A DNA stretch of 58,146 nucleotides, the filler included, from Sphacelaria rigidula (lineage: Eukaryota): assembly GCA_964200075.2 (NCBI GenBank). It is 9 parts of 9 records of this genome, joined end to end, with 100 filler letters (N's around TTAATTAATTAA, not from the genome) between each part and the next. Parts side by side here need not be neighbours in the genome. Positions count along the whole stretch, not along the records: positions 25,890 to 32,261 come from CAXNAA020020473.1; positions 32,362 to 38,733 come from CAXNAA020020474.1; 7 more parts are not named here. The stretch is one strand, 5' to 3'. Positions 26,557 through 38,833 of the stretch are shown piece by piece (the stretch's first letter is position 1; each line of letters begins with the position of its first letter). Under the pieces are notes generated by a model. The model was not told the origin of the DNA. It was given only the letters and a program-made list of their open reading frames with translations, and did no database searches. The position numbers and the translations under genes are program-made.

Positions 26557-27819
26557 CAGGCTGGTTTACGGTGATAACCCAGAAAACACTCATCGGCAAA
26601 ACCTCACGCCGTTTTAAGGAGTTAGACCCTGAAATATTGCACAAATGTTCTATGGGTAATTACGCAGCTTTCGATGATCGAGGTTTTTGACTTTTTGACT
26701 TTTTTCACCGTTTTTCGGGGGTCCTAGTTTTTGGGGGGAAACCTCGACCCAATCGGACCCCCGTGAAACGGTAACAATAAATAACTAAAAACCTCGTCCA
26801 TCCAAAGTTGCGTAATGTCCCAAAGAATAGTTGTGCAAAATTTCAGGGTCCAACTCCTTGAAACGGCGTGAGGTTTTTGGCCTTTGTGCGATGAAGTTTG
26901 CCGTACCGCGGTGAAACCGCGAAGTACTTGATTTTAGTACAAAAACGCCGTTTTTGAGCCTTCTTTGACGTGAACATGGAAATTCAAGCATCAGTTGATC
27001 GAGCTTTTCGACGAAAATTTGTGGAGCCCATCCCTGGGTTGTGCAAAGACAGGTAGTTTGCGTAAAAATGAAAAAAATATTGTAGTGCCGTTTTTCTGGG
27101 GTCCCAGAATGGAGACTACTCCGAAAAACGACTTCGATCCCGTCGGACCCCCGAAAAACGGTGAAACACTCAAGGAATACAAAATACATCGTCCGTAAAA
27201 AGTTGCGTAATGATACATAGCATATTAATGCGAAGTTTCAGGATCTAACTCCTAATGACAGAGTGAACGTTTGCGCGTATGTGGAGGACGTGGTCTTGAA
27301 ACGTGCAGCTCCTAACAAGGTTTTAGTATGGAAACGTCTTCTGAGGTGAATTTGACGTCAAGGCAAGAAAAACTGTGTGAGGTTTTCGAGTTTCTCCACC
27401 AAACTTTGTACATGTGTTCCTTGGACTCTCCCGGGACGCATCGTTTCATTATTTTCTTGAAGCACATCACGATTTTGGGTATGACTCGACCCCCGTAGTA
27501 ACCGTTTTAAAAACATGATTTTCTCGTTAGATTCCCAGCATGAAGACCCCCGGGAAGCCAAAATTTGAACCATGTAGAGATTGGGTGAAATTTTGGCTTA
27601 TATTCGTAATTTAGATCTCGGAACAGTTTGAAGGGCGCTGATTGGCTGAGACACATTTTCGTCCATAGNNNNNNNNNNCTTAAACAAAAATCCGGCTATG
27701 TCACCCTCTCCGTCTCTTCATTGCGGTCAGTATGATACCATATATGCGACTATTGGGTGCGTATTGCGGAAGGCATTTGCCGATGACACAATTCTGGGTG
27801 ATCACCGAGAACCAGCCTG
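26557..27819 (+). mobile_element. Complete TA-flanked non-autonomous TIR element, family A (Tc1/mariner-like); contains a 10-N gap at 27669-27678
   Basis: 28-bp TIRs caggctggtttacggtgataacccagaa vs caggctggttctcggtgatcacccagaa (25/28); TA at 26555-26556 and 27820-27821. Confidence 0.88.
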
Positions 27820-28545
27820 TAGTATCTTCAGATTCCCAATGCGATGAGCGGTGGGAAGCAAAAGCACCTAAGAAAATCGCCAATTACGAAGATATCACCA
27901 AATTTCCCACTTTGAGCTTGTGTTACTGTAGTTCATAATGACTCCAGCCAGCTCCCCCCTATTCTTTCCAACTATTAATACTCGTATTACTCGAGTCATC
28001 ACATGACTGAAGGAGTCGTTCTTCGTGTGAAATACATCGCGGTAGTAGTGGATTACCTAAGGTTTATCGGGTCCTCCACTTCATACCCTGGACAAAAGAA
28101 ACAATAGACAATAGATTCCATACTGTACGCAGTACATTTTTCGACCGTGTATTCCATTGTCCAGGGTATGCTCCACTTATGTCGAAGTACTTCGCATGCC
28201 CTGTAAAACTCTCGACTATACGACGGAGAGCCTCTAATTTCACGTCCGTTGATTGACCCGGTCATCTTCTTCGTCGCTATATTGTAAGTACTGCGTAATC
28301 AAGGCCGCATATCTTCTTTGCCGCACCCGTTCATGCAAACCATCAACCACAAATATCCCCCTGTGTCGGATTCATGCCGAGGGCCTGCCAGTAGATGCCG
28401 GTGTAGGTGGCCGCTGCAGTTCTACCGTAGCCAAATCGTTTATTACTGGTAAACTTGCACCATGATTTTTTCTCGCTTTAATTTCCGTTCCCTTTTCCTT
28501 CAAAACTTTCGTTTCGTTGTGCGCAAAAAATGGACGCATGGCCAG

Positions 28546-28665
28546 GTCGCTGAGGCATTTGGCAGGCAGAAAAGTCCGAGTCAGGTGTCGCAGCAGCTGG
28601 TGGCAGCCGCGAGGGCAGCGGGCAGTGGCGATGACATCACCGCGGTTGTTGCCAAGCTGGGGTAA
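28546..28665 (+). CDS. PP2C/PPM-type protein phosphatase, terminal exon
   Basis: ccag|GTC...TAA; VAEAFGRQKSPSQVSQQLVAAARAAGSGDDITAVVAKLG* contains the PP2C C-terminal motif LxxxAxxxGSxD(D/N)ITxxV. Confidence 0.8.
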   Translation, partial: VAEAFGRQKSPSQVSQQLVAAARAAGSGDDITAVVAKLG

Positions 28666-30376
28666 ACGAAAGCTTCATTCTTTTCCTGTGCCCTGTTCAG
28701 ACACCTTCAGTGTACATACGTAGTACAGCAAGATCCCGACATTGCATCATTTACGCCTTGTGGTGTGCGAACTATTGTAGATGTACACGGTTCACCCTGC
28801 TGCTTTTTTATTCCTGACGGTGACGTCCATGTATTTTGTATGAATCAGACCCTAGGGAAAACAGCTCTTTCCCCGAGATTCGAATCGAATACGTGTATTT
28901 GGTGATCGAGTCCTCCTGGAACGAATGTCAGGGCATGTTGGGGTTTTCGCTCCTGAGTGTAAAAATTTGACCTCCTTGCATGATTGCATATCATGTGAAT
29001 CAACCGGGTGGGGTGTGCACGCGGTATGTTGCTGGGTGCTTGTGGGAAAAGACGAGCGACGCGTTCATTTGTAGAAACTTTCAGCCCATGCATGGTAGAT
29101 GGTTTTGGTTTCTGTGTCATTGGACCCTTGTTTCGACGTATGAGGGGGTAGGACGAACCTGCAATTAATTGCTTTTTTGTCTGTAATGTTCCGGTGTTTA
29201 TATATTCGCTCGACACGGGGCTGCGAGTCAGGAATCCGACCTCTGGATTGGATTCGTCGGCGCTGCTGCTTGAGTGTTTCGTGGTCACCAATCACCTGTA
29301 CATGAACAGTATTCGTACACACTCCATTCAGCGTTTGGGTTGATAAAAACAAGTGTTTTTTTTTGTTGCTTTACGGTGCGGTATCTACGACCGAATTCAC
29401 TCGAAGAACATAAGCGCATTAGCTGCACGTACAAATATTTGGATGTGGTGTTGATTTCAGTGGCGTCCGCGTCATGCCCATAGCGTTGCGTTATCAACCA
29501 ATTTGTTCCACTTATGTTCGATACAAATACAGTAAAGCGACCCAGAAAGCTGTTTTTCGTGCCAGAGGCGAAAAAAAAGCAGGAGGAAAATCGTTTTTGT
29601 GCTGGACAAGAGAGATGCGTCATGGCTAGCAAAGACATCAAAAACATGGGATTCTTAGAAATGGGAACGTAACTTTTGGTATGGAGGTCGAAAGTGCTCG
29701 GAATAGTGGGAAATGGTACCCATTAACGGCACCTTTCAGGAGATTTGACCACCCCTCCCCCGAAGGTGGAATAGCTGAGGTCGGAGGTACACGAAGTATG
29801 TACCTCCGTATGTGCGGGACCCCCCCGGTATTTGCATACTGAGTTTTTGCGAGGTAGAGCGGACACAAGCCGAGATCACGGGACCGGGACGGGCACAAAG
29901 CTGGGTGTTTGGGGGTAACAAACCGCGCTTCCTGATTAGGGTAAAGAGGGTTGTAACAAAATCGAGAAATTAAACCTCTGACCCTCGGGTTGAGCGATCG
30001 GGGCATTGAATATACATTTTTCAAAGTAGAAGCGATGCTGGTTCAGCAGATGAACTACCCTAGCGGTGAAAGGGTTGATCACTCAACAAGCATTACCACC
30101 AACCACCAACGAACGAATGCACCGATGATTTTGTGCTTGTGAGGTGTTATGTGGCTGTGGCGCGCCACCTCGCAGTGCGCGGTTTATAGCGGAGCAAGAC
30201 AACTTTCACGAGAGATGATATACAATATCTTGATGGGATTGAGCAGACGACTGACACGCATGGGGTGCTGCATTGCCGTGTTTGATTATTCTTCAGAGGT
30301 CACCCCTAACTTGTTGTACAGTCCTGTTCCTTGAAATTGATTTCTAAGACGGGATCTTACAAATTGGGGATGAGAA

Positions 30377-30721
30377 ACCCGGGGAATTAAAATCTTCATA
30401 TCCACACCAAATCTTCGAAATATGGTTCCATTTCTTCACTACTGAAAGCTGTTGACAAGTGCTGCACGCCATAGAAGTTTGGATTTCGATCACCGAAATG
30501 CTTGGGTCCTAGGTGAAAAACCTATTTCGGAACCATCTTGGCGTCCGTTCGGACACCCGAAATTCCCCAAAATTGGTTTCTTACCTAGGGCCCCAACATT
30601 TCGGTGATCGAAATCCAAATTTCTATGGCGTGTAGCGGTTGTCAATAGCTATCAGTAGGTGAAGAAATCGAACCATATCTCGAAGATTTGGTGTTGATAC
30701 GAAGATTTTAATTCTCCGGGT
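30377..30721. repeat. 345-bp foldback with arms of about 170 bp
   Basis: Arms pair from acccggggaattaaaatcttc to the apex gtcc-gttc-ggac; a related sequence lies at 19610-19700. Confidence 0.88.
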
Positions 30722-31289
30722 AAAAAAATCGACTGACCGGCTTTCAGCGACTCATTTTTCCCTGTCCCACTCTGAAACCCCTATTAATTCCGGTTTTGGT
30801 GGGGAAACTTTGTCAAACCGACACCATATTCATCTTGCTCCAAGAGGCACCTGGACACACAGCAGTTAGTTGCTGCTGCCTACCTAGTATCATCCCCCAA
30901 ATCAAAGTCCTGAGTGAGAACGCTCAGCGTGCAGCTGCTTGACGCAACCACTGCGTTCTGCCACGGACCCTTCCCCATGTACCCCACAAGGGGGCAACAT
31001 CCCCCTACAGACAGTAGCAATGCTAGCGGATCCTACGTCCTGACAGTCTGGCAGCCGGCAAGGAGGTTATGGTAGTGTCCTTCTAGCGATATCAACTTAC
31101 AGTGCACTGGAGCAGAGTTTGCAGGTGAATATTTCGGCGATTGCCTCACCTGCAGTTCGCCCAGATGTTGCGGATTTTTCACGATCTCACTGAGTAACAT
31201 TGTATGCATACATGTGGAGATGTACCTGACCCTGGACAAAAAAAATTACAGTCAGTACGAACACGATGTCAAAAGTGTACTGCGCACAT

Positions 31290-31383
31290 TGTGTTGTGTG
31301 TTGTCGTCCCGGTCTCCATCTTTCGGTATATGTTGGCGGACCAGCCGGGGTCACACAGGAGGAAGGTCGACACGGGAGTTTCT
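31290..31383 (-). mobile_element. SINE family 1, 3' fragment
   Basis: accagccggggtcacacaggaggaaggtc next to a TG-rich tail. Confidence 0.7.
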
Positions 31384-32261
31384 CAAAGTAGGCAGCCATT
31401 ACAGCGGCGGAGGCGATCTTTCACTCCTGCGTGTGCAACCTGGGGCGAACGCACGCTGTAGCTGCAACACGGACGGCTTGACAAAACGTGGCGTAGCGAT
31501 ATAGCGCGAATCGAGGGGTGATATCCTGCGTACACGTTGGCCGCAGATACAAGCGGCTGCGTTCATGATGTGACGAACTGCATAGGACAGCGCGAAATCA
31601 ATGCAGGAAAGGGACAGGCTAAGGATGCCATGTCCAGCGGTGTGCTTTGTCACCCTGTACCCTGCCGCTGTGCAGTGAACTGGCAGTACCGTCGAAGGCG
31701 TCACGCTGCGGTTGGTACGCAGTGTAAGCAGTGTCGAACACAGCAGCAAGCAGCATATTTTCAACACGTAGTACATGCATGTGTGATTCAAGACCGATGC
31801 GCGCACACACAGCGACTACTATCGCCGTCATCCATAAATTAGGGGGGTACCCACCCCCCTTCCCTTCTAAGGCCCAAGAATGAGGTTTGGGCGTTTTGGG
31901 GGGATGAGGCGATTGCCGACTGTAGCCATGACATGGACTCAAGCATCGCAGTGATATCCCAACAAGTCACTGTTTAACGGAGGAAGTTATCAAACGCTCA
32001 AGACATGGAACGATTTGAAACAACTCTTTGAGCTTTTGCAATGTCCCCTTGACGTGCTCTGGGAATTATTCAACTTTCATCCACCTGGTACGCTCATAAC
32101 GCAAGAAAACGTTGCTGAGGCCCATTTTCATCGACTTTGTTTTTAGGGCAATATACAAAAAAGGGTAGACCCTTATGCTTTTGGAGCAAAAAAGGGTGGC
32201 GCATTTTCCGCTTTGGGGCGCGGCGCTGCACGCTGGCCAAACACCTCGAAAACACGTTCCA

Positions 32262-32361
32262 NNNNNNNNNNNNNNNNNNNNNNNNNNNNNNNNNNNNNNN
32301 NNNNNTTAATTAATTAANNNNNNNNNNNNNNNNNNNNNNNNNNNNNNNNNNNNNNNNNNNN
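32262..32361. other. Artificial scaffold linker
   Basis: N44-TTAATTAATTAA-N44. Confidence 0.97.
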
Positions 32362-32381
32362 CACTACTACTACCACTACTA

Positions 32382-32473
<92 letters not shown>

Positions 32474-32478
32474 AATAC
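32362..32478. repeat. Compound (CTA)n(ATA)n microsatellite
   Basis: Direct reading; scaffold start. Confidence 0.95.
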
Positions 32479-32556
32479 TTGACTGCTGCTGCTACACATC
32501 GAATTCGTGGCGTTTTTCTTCACCGAGTTATGCCAAAAACGGGCTCGACCTTATAC

Positions 32557-32838
32557 CTGGAAGTAAATCCGTTGCCCTGCGCCGTACACCCCGCCAAAGG
32601 CCGTCGATGTCACGTTTTCCACGACCGGAGTCTCGGAACAATCCACAACTACAGTAGTAGCAGAAGTATCGTCACCCTCCTCCGCCCGCACTAACGAGTA
32701 TCCCACCAATCCTTCCGTGGACAATATTGTAAGATTGACATCCTGGACCGGGGTGGTTGATGCACGCTGAATGGCTGAGCCGTTGAGTACAACCGAACTC
32801 GGGCCGGCGATTGCGAGGCCATCGGATTTGTCATCGGT
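32557..32838 (-). CDS. Repeat surface protein, exon E
   Basis: gcag|ACC...CAG|gtataa, 282 bp; TDDKSDGL...VLNGSAIQRASTTP...VVVDCSETPVVENVTS...GVYGAGQRIYFQ. Confidence 0.82.
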
Positions 32839-33113
32839 CTGCAGTGCATGTGGCAAAAAGTCCCATATCCAGGCGTGATTAGGTAATGCAAAACGCATGA
32901 GAAAATACACGGGTCAGGCAGTACAGCATGGGAGAGAGTTGTTCTAGTGAGATAACCATTGTCGACTATTACCAGAGGAAGTAGGTGAGGAAGTGGCTCG
33001 GAAGCGACAAAATGCTTGAGGGGGGTGCATAAAAATATTGGCACGGAAGCCCACATTTATTCACCGCCCGTCCCGGGCGGACATGATGCTATCTACCTGC
33101 AGGGATTGGGTAC

Positions 33114-33222
33114 GTAAACTTGTATCGGACACACAACAGCACTTTTCGTGTACAAGTAGTGCCGTCTGGTAAACTTGTATCGGACACACAACAGCACTTT
33201 TCGTGTACAAGTAGTGCCGTCT
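33114..33222. repeat. 55-bp-period tandem duplication in an intron
   Basis: gtaaacttgtatcggacacacaacagcacttttcgtgtacaagtagtgccgtct x2. Confidence 0.9.
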
Positions 33223-33662
33223 CACGCTACCGTAAAAGGAGAGTCGAGGAAGTGCTGGGCACGACAAAACATGCATGATGGATATGTGCACTCGACCCGC
33301 CGTTCAAAATAGATCTAGGCGGAGAAGAAAAGCACGTAATTCAGCTATTCAGTCTAGTCCCTCAGTAAAGTGACTCGGGCGGAATCATGGCACTCGGTGA
33401 CAAGCAACCCAGACCGGGCAGTGGCGTTGAAGAATGTCCAGCCAACAGGGGGCTGACACGGGCACGGGCGTAAGTTTTGCCTCGGTCACAACTTTCCACT
33501 ACTGCGCGCCCCTGCACTTTGCAAGTACCAAAACACTTGGCGATATTCGGGCCCGAGCTTGTCAGGAAGATGTCAGATGAGTATTTGGATGCGGTCTGTT
33601 TTGGGGATTCGATGGTGTTTGTATTGTTGAGCAGATGTGGTGTGCCGCAGCGTATCGCGTAC

Positions 33663-33752
33663 CTGGAGAACGTAGAGGAATGCCAGCCTATCTGTGTCCG
33701 GAACGTACACGTCGTCAGGACCCAAGGCTGGATCGAAGTCCACAGAACAACC
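33663..33752 (-). CDS. Repeat surface protein, exon D
   Basis: atag|GGT...CAG|gtacgc, 90 bp; GCSVDFDPALGPDDVYVPDTDRLAFLYVLQ. Confidence 0.75.
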
Positions 33753-34144
33753 CTATGTATGTACACACACACGAATATACATCTGTTGGAGAAATCGAGA
33801 AGCTAACGCGCGGTGTCTGCAAGAGCGATGGAGGTGCTGGCGTCAGATTCAGTAATTAGTAGTCTACAGTATTCCACGAACATATCTGTTGCTGCATCGG
33901 CGGCTATGATCGGAGTCAGCGTCAAGACATAATGGGAAATCTCTCACTACAGAAGCAAAGACGGGAACTAACTGGCACTCATCACCGACATGCTCCACTT
34001 ACGTTAGCGTCGGTTTCATACCAAAGGCATCGTGGTTGACCATTGGCGAGTGTACAATACTTCGATTCCTCTCTATTTCGTGCATTTATTTGGTATCGCT
34101 ACTCATCCAAAATATGCGCCGTTGAATTGTCATCCTCGACACAC

Positions 34145-34267
34145 CTCGGAAACGTTTTCGGCCGGCACCGCGATGGGCTCAGGGCTTCCCGCCCGGAAGC
34201 GGATGTTGAAGCGAAACCCGTTGCCCCGCGACTCACGCGTCACGTTCTCCACCCCAATCAAGGCAAT
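34145..34267 (-). CDS. Repeat surface protein, exon C
   Basis: taag|ATT...GAG|gtgtgt, 123 bp; IALIGVENVTRESRGNGFRFNIRFRAGSPEPIAVPAENVSE. Confidence 0.72.
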
Positions 34268-34518
34268 CTTATTCGAGCAGTGACGATTGTTGAGGCGGGA
34301 AGGAACATGAACGCATCGTGAGAGAAACCAAGAGATGGAAAGAGAGGTGAAGAGCAAGCATGGATTTTTACAGGTTGATTAACTCGATCTTTTGATCACT
34401 ACCGGATGTCTTGACCGCTTCAAGTTTCAAGAGCGGGGGTCTTGTGTGATACCTCGTATCGGGACATGCAGCAGTGCTTGTGCTCTGTGATTTCCATGGG
34501 AAGATACAGGTGTGTCTG

Positions 34519-35669
34519 CGGGCTGGTTCACTCTTTTGAGACAAAATTGACTTATCAGCGAATGTCTTCCGTACCCAATTGTCGCATGAGTGGTATCGTA
34601 CTGACCGTCATGGACAACTGAATAGGGTACGTTGCCGAATTTCCGTTCAACACCATAGTGGCGGCGCTAAGGACGAAAAGAGGGCGAAAACGTACGTCGG
34701 CCAATCAGCGGCCTTGAAACCATTGTGAACTTTAAAATACAAACTCCCAGGCTAATTTCCGCCTAATCTTCACATGCTTCACATTGAAGTAACCGTCACC
34801 AGCTCGGTAACGGTCAGAACAGATCTGCAAACGATTTCCATGGGATCGAATTATTCTCGAAAGCGTGGTAGTTTGGTGATGTGAGTTTCGGCGTCGTCGG
34901 ATTTCCACTGACGTTACGCACTGAAGACCCAGAAAGGCTCCCGACGGGTTTCTTATATTTGTCGTAGGAAAGCTGCGACCGCCCTCACATTTGGAGATTT
35001 GGCAGGGATTGATACTCCAAAGAGAAAAAAGAAATTAATTGTTGAAATTAATTAAAACTTTCACTGCCTCTTATCGGCTTCCGGGGGTCCCCGCGGGAAG
35101 ATCACCGAAAAAACAAAAGTGGAGACCCCGGAAGCCGGTTCAGAATGCCTGAAGAGAAAAATGGAACACATTTTGCGTCCCGGCGCAGTCCAAGGAGCAT
35201 TTGTATGAAGGATCGTTGCGTAATAAAAAAAGCTGATGCACTAGGGTCGCTTCAACGTCAAACGTACCCGAAAAAGTCCTTTCAACACAGGAACGAAATA
35301 AGTTCGAGCTTTGTACCTCTCAAGTCCACCTTGTCGCAAAAAAGTCCAAATATTCACGCAGATTGCTGGAGTTAGACTCTGGAAAGTAGCACACAGGTGC
35401 TATGGGATCTTTTGGAATTTTAACGATTGGACTCATGGTTGTTTTTGTTTTTCTGGCCCTTTTCCGGGAATGCAATAATGCCATGTTAGTCCCCAAGACC
35501 CTGGGACCCCCTATCGCGGGCGAAAAAAATAAAAAATAAAAAAACTCAATCCATCACTTCTTTAAATGCCTCGTGGTGTTTGTGTGCAATTTGTCAGAGT
35601 TTAACTCCAAGAATCGGCGTTGATATTTGCGGATGCGTGAATTTCGGGTCGACAGCGTGGACCAGCCTG
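34519..35669 (-). mobile_element. Diverged complete family A element in an intron
   Basis: accagcctg|TA at right and TG|cgggctggtt at left; both subterminal regions align with the ends of 26557-27819 in reverse. Confidence 0.75.
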
Positions 35670-37558
35670 TACCGAAGTCTCAATTGGCAGCTGGCGGAAG
35701 AGTCGATACTGATAACGGACGTTGATACACGTTGTGCGTGGTAGGCATGAAAGGTTGGGTAGCTGAGGCCCAAGGTTCGATATCATGACGTACGAAGAAT
35801 TCGTGGTGAGCGTATCACACGTTTCAGCGTAGTTCTCGAAGATCTGCCTCAGTTGGTCGGCGGTGTCCCGGCGGGTGCGGAGTGTCTGTGCCTTCACAAA
35901 AGCAGGACAGAGACATGTAAGCTGCAATGTGCTTTGCGAGCACACTCTCGCTCGAATGCGCGCCATACCAACGAATACTGCACTGCGCTTTGCCAGCACA
36001 CGCAATCTCACATATGTGGCGACCAGAGCATAAGTTATTCGTTGGTATGGGCCAGGGTTGTGTTAGGGTTTGGTTGGATTCATTATGTCAACCTGCATTC
36101 AGGGAAATTCGCCAAAATTACAAACTGGACTCATCAAATGAAGCATTCCAGGTGGACATCCACGTCCCAGGTAGATGTCCATCGGGAACATCCCAGTTTG
36201 AGATAGACATCCAACCGAGATTTCAGATCCCGGATAGACGCCTCACATCGATACCCGTGTCCCGGTAGAGACCTCACGGTACTGTAGGCCTCCGGAGTCG
36301 ACCAACTATTCGTGTCTTCCTCTGTTTTCGTTATTCCTCCAAGTTCCCCTCTTTCTCCCTCTTCGGGACAAGACAGTCTCAAAGGATTAGGGGGGCACCT
36401 CTCTTCCCCGAAACCTGCTTGACATCTTGCCGTCGCGGACTTGATCAGCATTTCCGCGCCCCGTTGACTACGGTCGAACTTTCGTCGCTACTCGCGCCTT
36501 CTCGCACTCGACGACGAAAGCCAGGCTCTGCTCAAAAATATCGAATCTATCAAGAGTGAAGCAAAGCTCGTAACCTTCCTGTCCAGCTGGCTGGTTACAA
36601 CGCCGAGACGCGGCGGTATTGCGTAGTTCTATACTCTACTGCCTTCGCCCACCACCCATGTGAAAAAATATTGCCCCCCACCCACATTAACGACGTTCGG
36701 CACTGAACTTGATAAATGCTTCACTCCCTCTGATGCACGCCATGAAAAGTGGTAGAAATGTTCGATAGAAAAGCGACCGGACGTGGAATACTTCAAATCT
36801 GAAGATCAACAACCCACTCACTGCTGCAACACAAGGGTGGAGTCTTTACCCCCCTCACGAAAAACATCAAGCGAAACCGCCACTATTTCGGCGACTGGCA
36901 AGAACTCACCGGGGCTGATTGGATATCTGGGAGGGATTGCCCCCAAAAATTGTCAGCAATTTTGACCTGGCGGTTTCACGAATGGCACGCTTTTTCTCGG
37001 AATTTTGATCACAAAAAGAATCATCCGCCCTCTTCTCCGCTACAGAGGATGGCGAATAAATTGCCCCGAATAATACGCGTGGAAGGAACGCTTTCCCGGG
37101 GGAACGGCATAGTCCTTCCATTTCCTAAGGGGAGTATTCAAAACGCCAGCAGTCATTTAGAGATACGATGGTCGAGGCCTATGAATGGCATGAATTTCAA
37201 CAAGTGAGAGCCGCGGGGGCGTCCATCCGAAAACGAAAACGACGGTTAAGTTTACCGAATGACAGGTAGAACTACCACAGTAGTCGGTCCGTATACGGGG
37301 ACGCGTCATTATTTTTGCTATGCTATGACCTGCCCTTGCAAAACAATGCAGCTCCGGCGTTTGCTTGTACTGCTTGCCGCACAACTTAAAGCATTTGTCT
37401 TATGGGGCATACACTGTTTTGAAATTATTCCATATACGTCTTTCGTTACAAACGTACGCACACTGTAGCTTTTGTAAATAAGAATACGGGCAACCCTTGG
37501 CCATCGAGCGGGCAACAGTATTTCAAGCTGTCCATCTCCTTCCCCTCGCACTTCCTAC

Positions 37559-37685
37559 CTGTTCAAGCGCTTCCAGTCTAGACCTAACGCTGAAACCCCC
37601 AGCGGCAGATTCGGGAGAGTTCACGTCCATGCACCCTGACAACGTGCCGCCATACTGCAGTCGGAAGTGACCTCTCGTAACCGGT
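37559..37685 (-). CDS. Repeat surface protein, exon B
   Basis: acag|A CCG...CAG|gtagga, 127 bp; phase matches exon A; PVTRGHFRLQYGGTLSGCMDVNS...VRSRLEALEQ. Confidence 0.8.
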
Positions 37686-38303
37686 CTGTTTCCCGTTGGC
37701 ACAGCAAAGGAAAATAAAGGGGAGAGAGAAACAATCGAGTAATAGGAGTGAAAGAAGAGTTATGATAATAATGTATAAGAAGCGTAAATACACAATCGCC
37801 CGGTCGTTTTACGTCCGATGTTCAAACTGCAAGAACAGCCACCGGTCGACCTGCAACTGCGTATCGCCATATTTCCCCGGGCTCCACCATTATTTTCGTG
37901 GCTCTTCATCATGTGAATGTACAAGCACTGTTTGAGTTTACCGTGAGCCATCAAGTGCGTTGCATCGGTGAGACGAGAGCGGGGCACCGTAGAGTGTAAC
38001 ATGCAGAGGTCCGCCGGCAGTTCGAACTCCGGAGCATGTATTCATCTTCGCCTCGAGCTCAACGGTTATGTATTCTCAACGTAATGAAGAGCAAAAATTG
38101 GCAAATGTTCGTTTTCCAGAGTTTTGTCTTCAAGTACCACTTTCACGCGTATCCTTGACTAGGAATACTGCAGAACCCCCTGGAGAGCATGACGGATCAC
38201 CATCTCATATTTGTTGTTGCTGATGGACCACCACAAATGATCTGATAGACTTATGCAGGAAATGAAAACATCGGAATTGTGTTGTCCACGCCGTACGACT
38301 CAC

Positions 38304-38521
38304 CGGGAGGCATCCACTCCAATATCAACAAACTGTGTGAGCCCCGGAAAATGCTCTGCGGTCCGGAGCCCACTCTCGTCCGTCGTGTTGTTGAAGGCAG
38401 TGGTGCTGTTGGTAGTGAGGTTGCTTGTCGAGGTGGTGTTAGTAGGGTCCACCATGAGGAGCAGGTACGGACTCCCTTGGGTTGTGTTGACGTGGATGGG
38501 AGTAGTAAAGTGCAACACCAC
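38304..38521 (-). CDS. Large beta-rich repeat (adhesin/Ig-like) surface protein, exon A
   Basis: ccag|GTG...CG|gtgagt, 218 bp, phase 0 to 2; VVLHFTTPIHVNTTQGSPYLLL...RTAEH; several NxT/S sequons. Confidence 0.8.
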
Positions 38522-38669
38522 CTGGGTAGAGGTCCACAACATGCACGTCACCAATTGACCTCAAGAGCAAAAGATCGCAACGGCCGCAAATTAATATGCA
38601 GTGCAAGCTTTCATGTGTCGATGTGTCCCCGATGTCAACAGTTGAATATTTGTATTTATAAACATTGAA

Positions 38670-38733
38670 CTGTGTTGTGTGTGTTGTGTGTGTGTTATCG
38701 TCCCATTTATTCTGGGCGCCAGTCTACCCCTTT
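38670..38733 (-). mobile_element. SINE family 1 tail at scaffold end
   Basis: TG-rich tract then tcccatttattctgggcgccagtctac. Confidence 0.75.
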
Positions 38734-38833
38734 NNNNNNNNNNNNNNNNNNNNNNNNNNNNNNNNNNNNNNNNNNNNTTAATTAATTAANNNNNNNNNNN
38801 NNNNNNNNNNNNNNNNNNNNNNNNNNNNNNNNN
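38734..38833. other. Artificial scaffold linker
   Basis: N44-TTAATTAATTAA-N44. Confidence 0.97.

Noticed and set aside
32362..32478. Telomeric repeat
   Set aside because: Simple (CTA)n/(ATA)n microsatellite within an intron; lacks a G-rich telomere unit.
33477..33806. Plus-strand 109-aa ORF as a gene
   Set aside because: It is antisense to exon 33663-33752, which has proper splice sites and fits the repeat-protein pattern.
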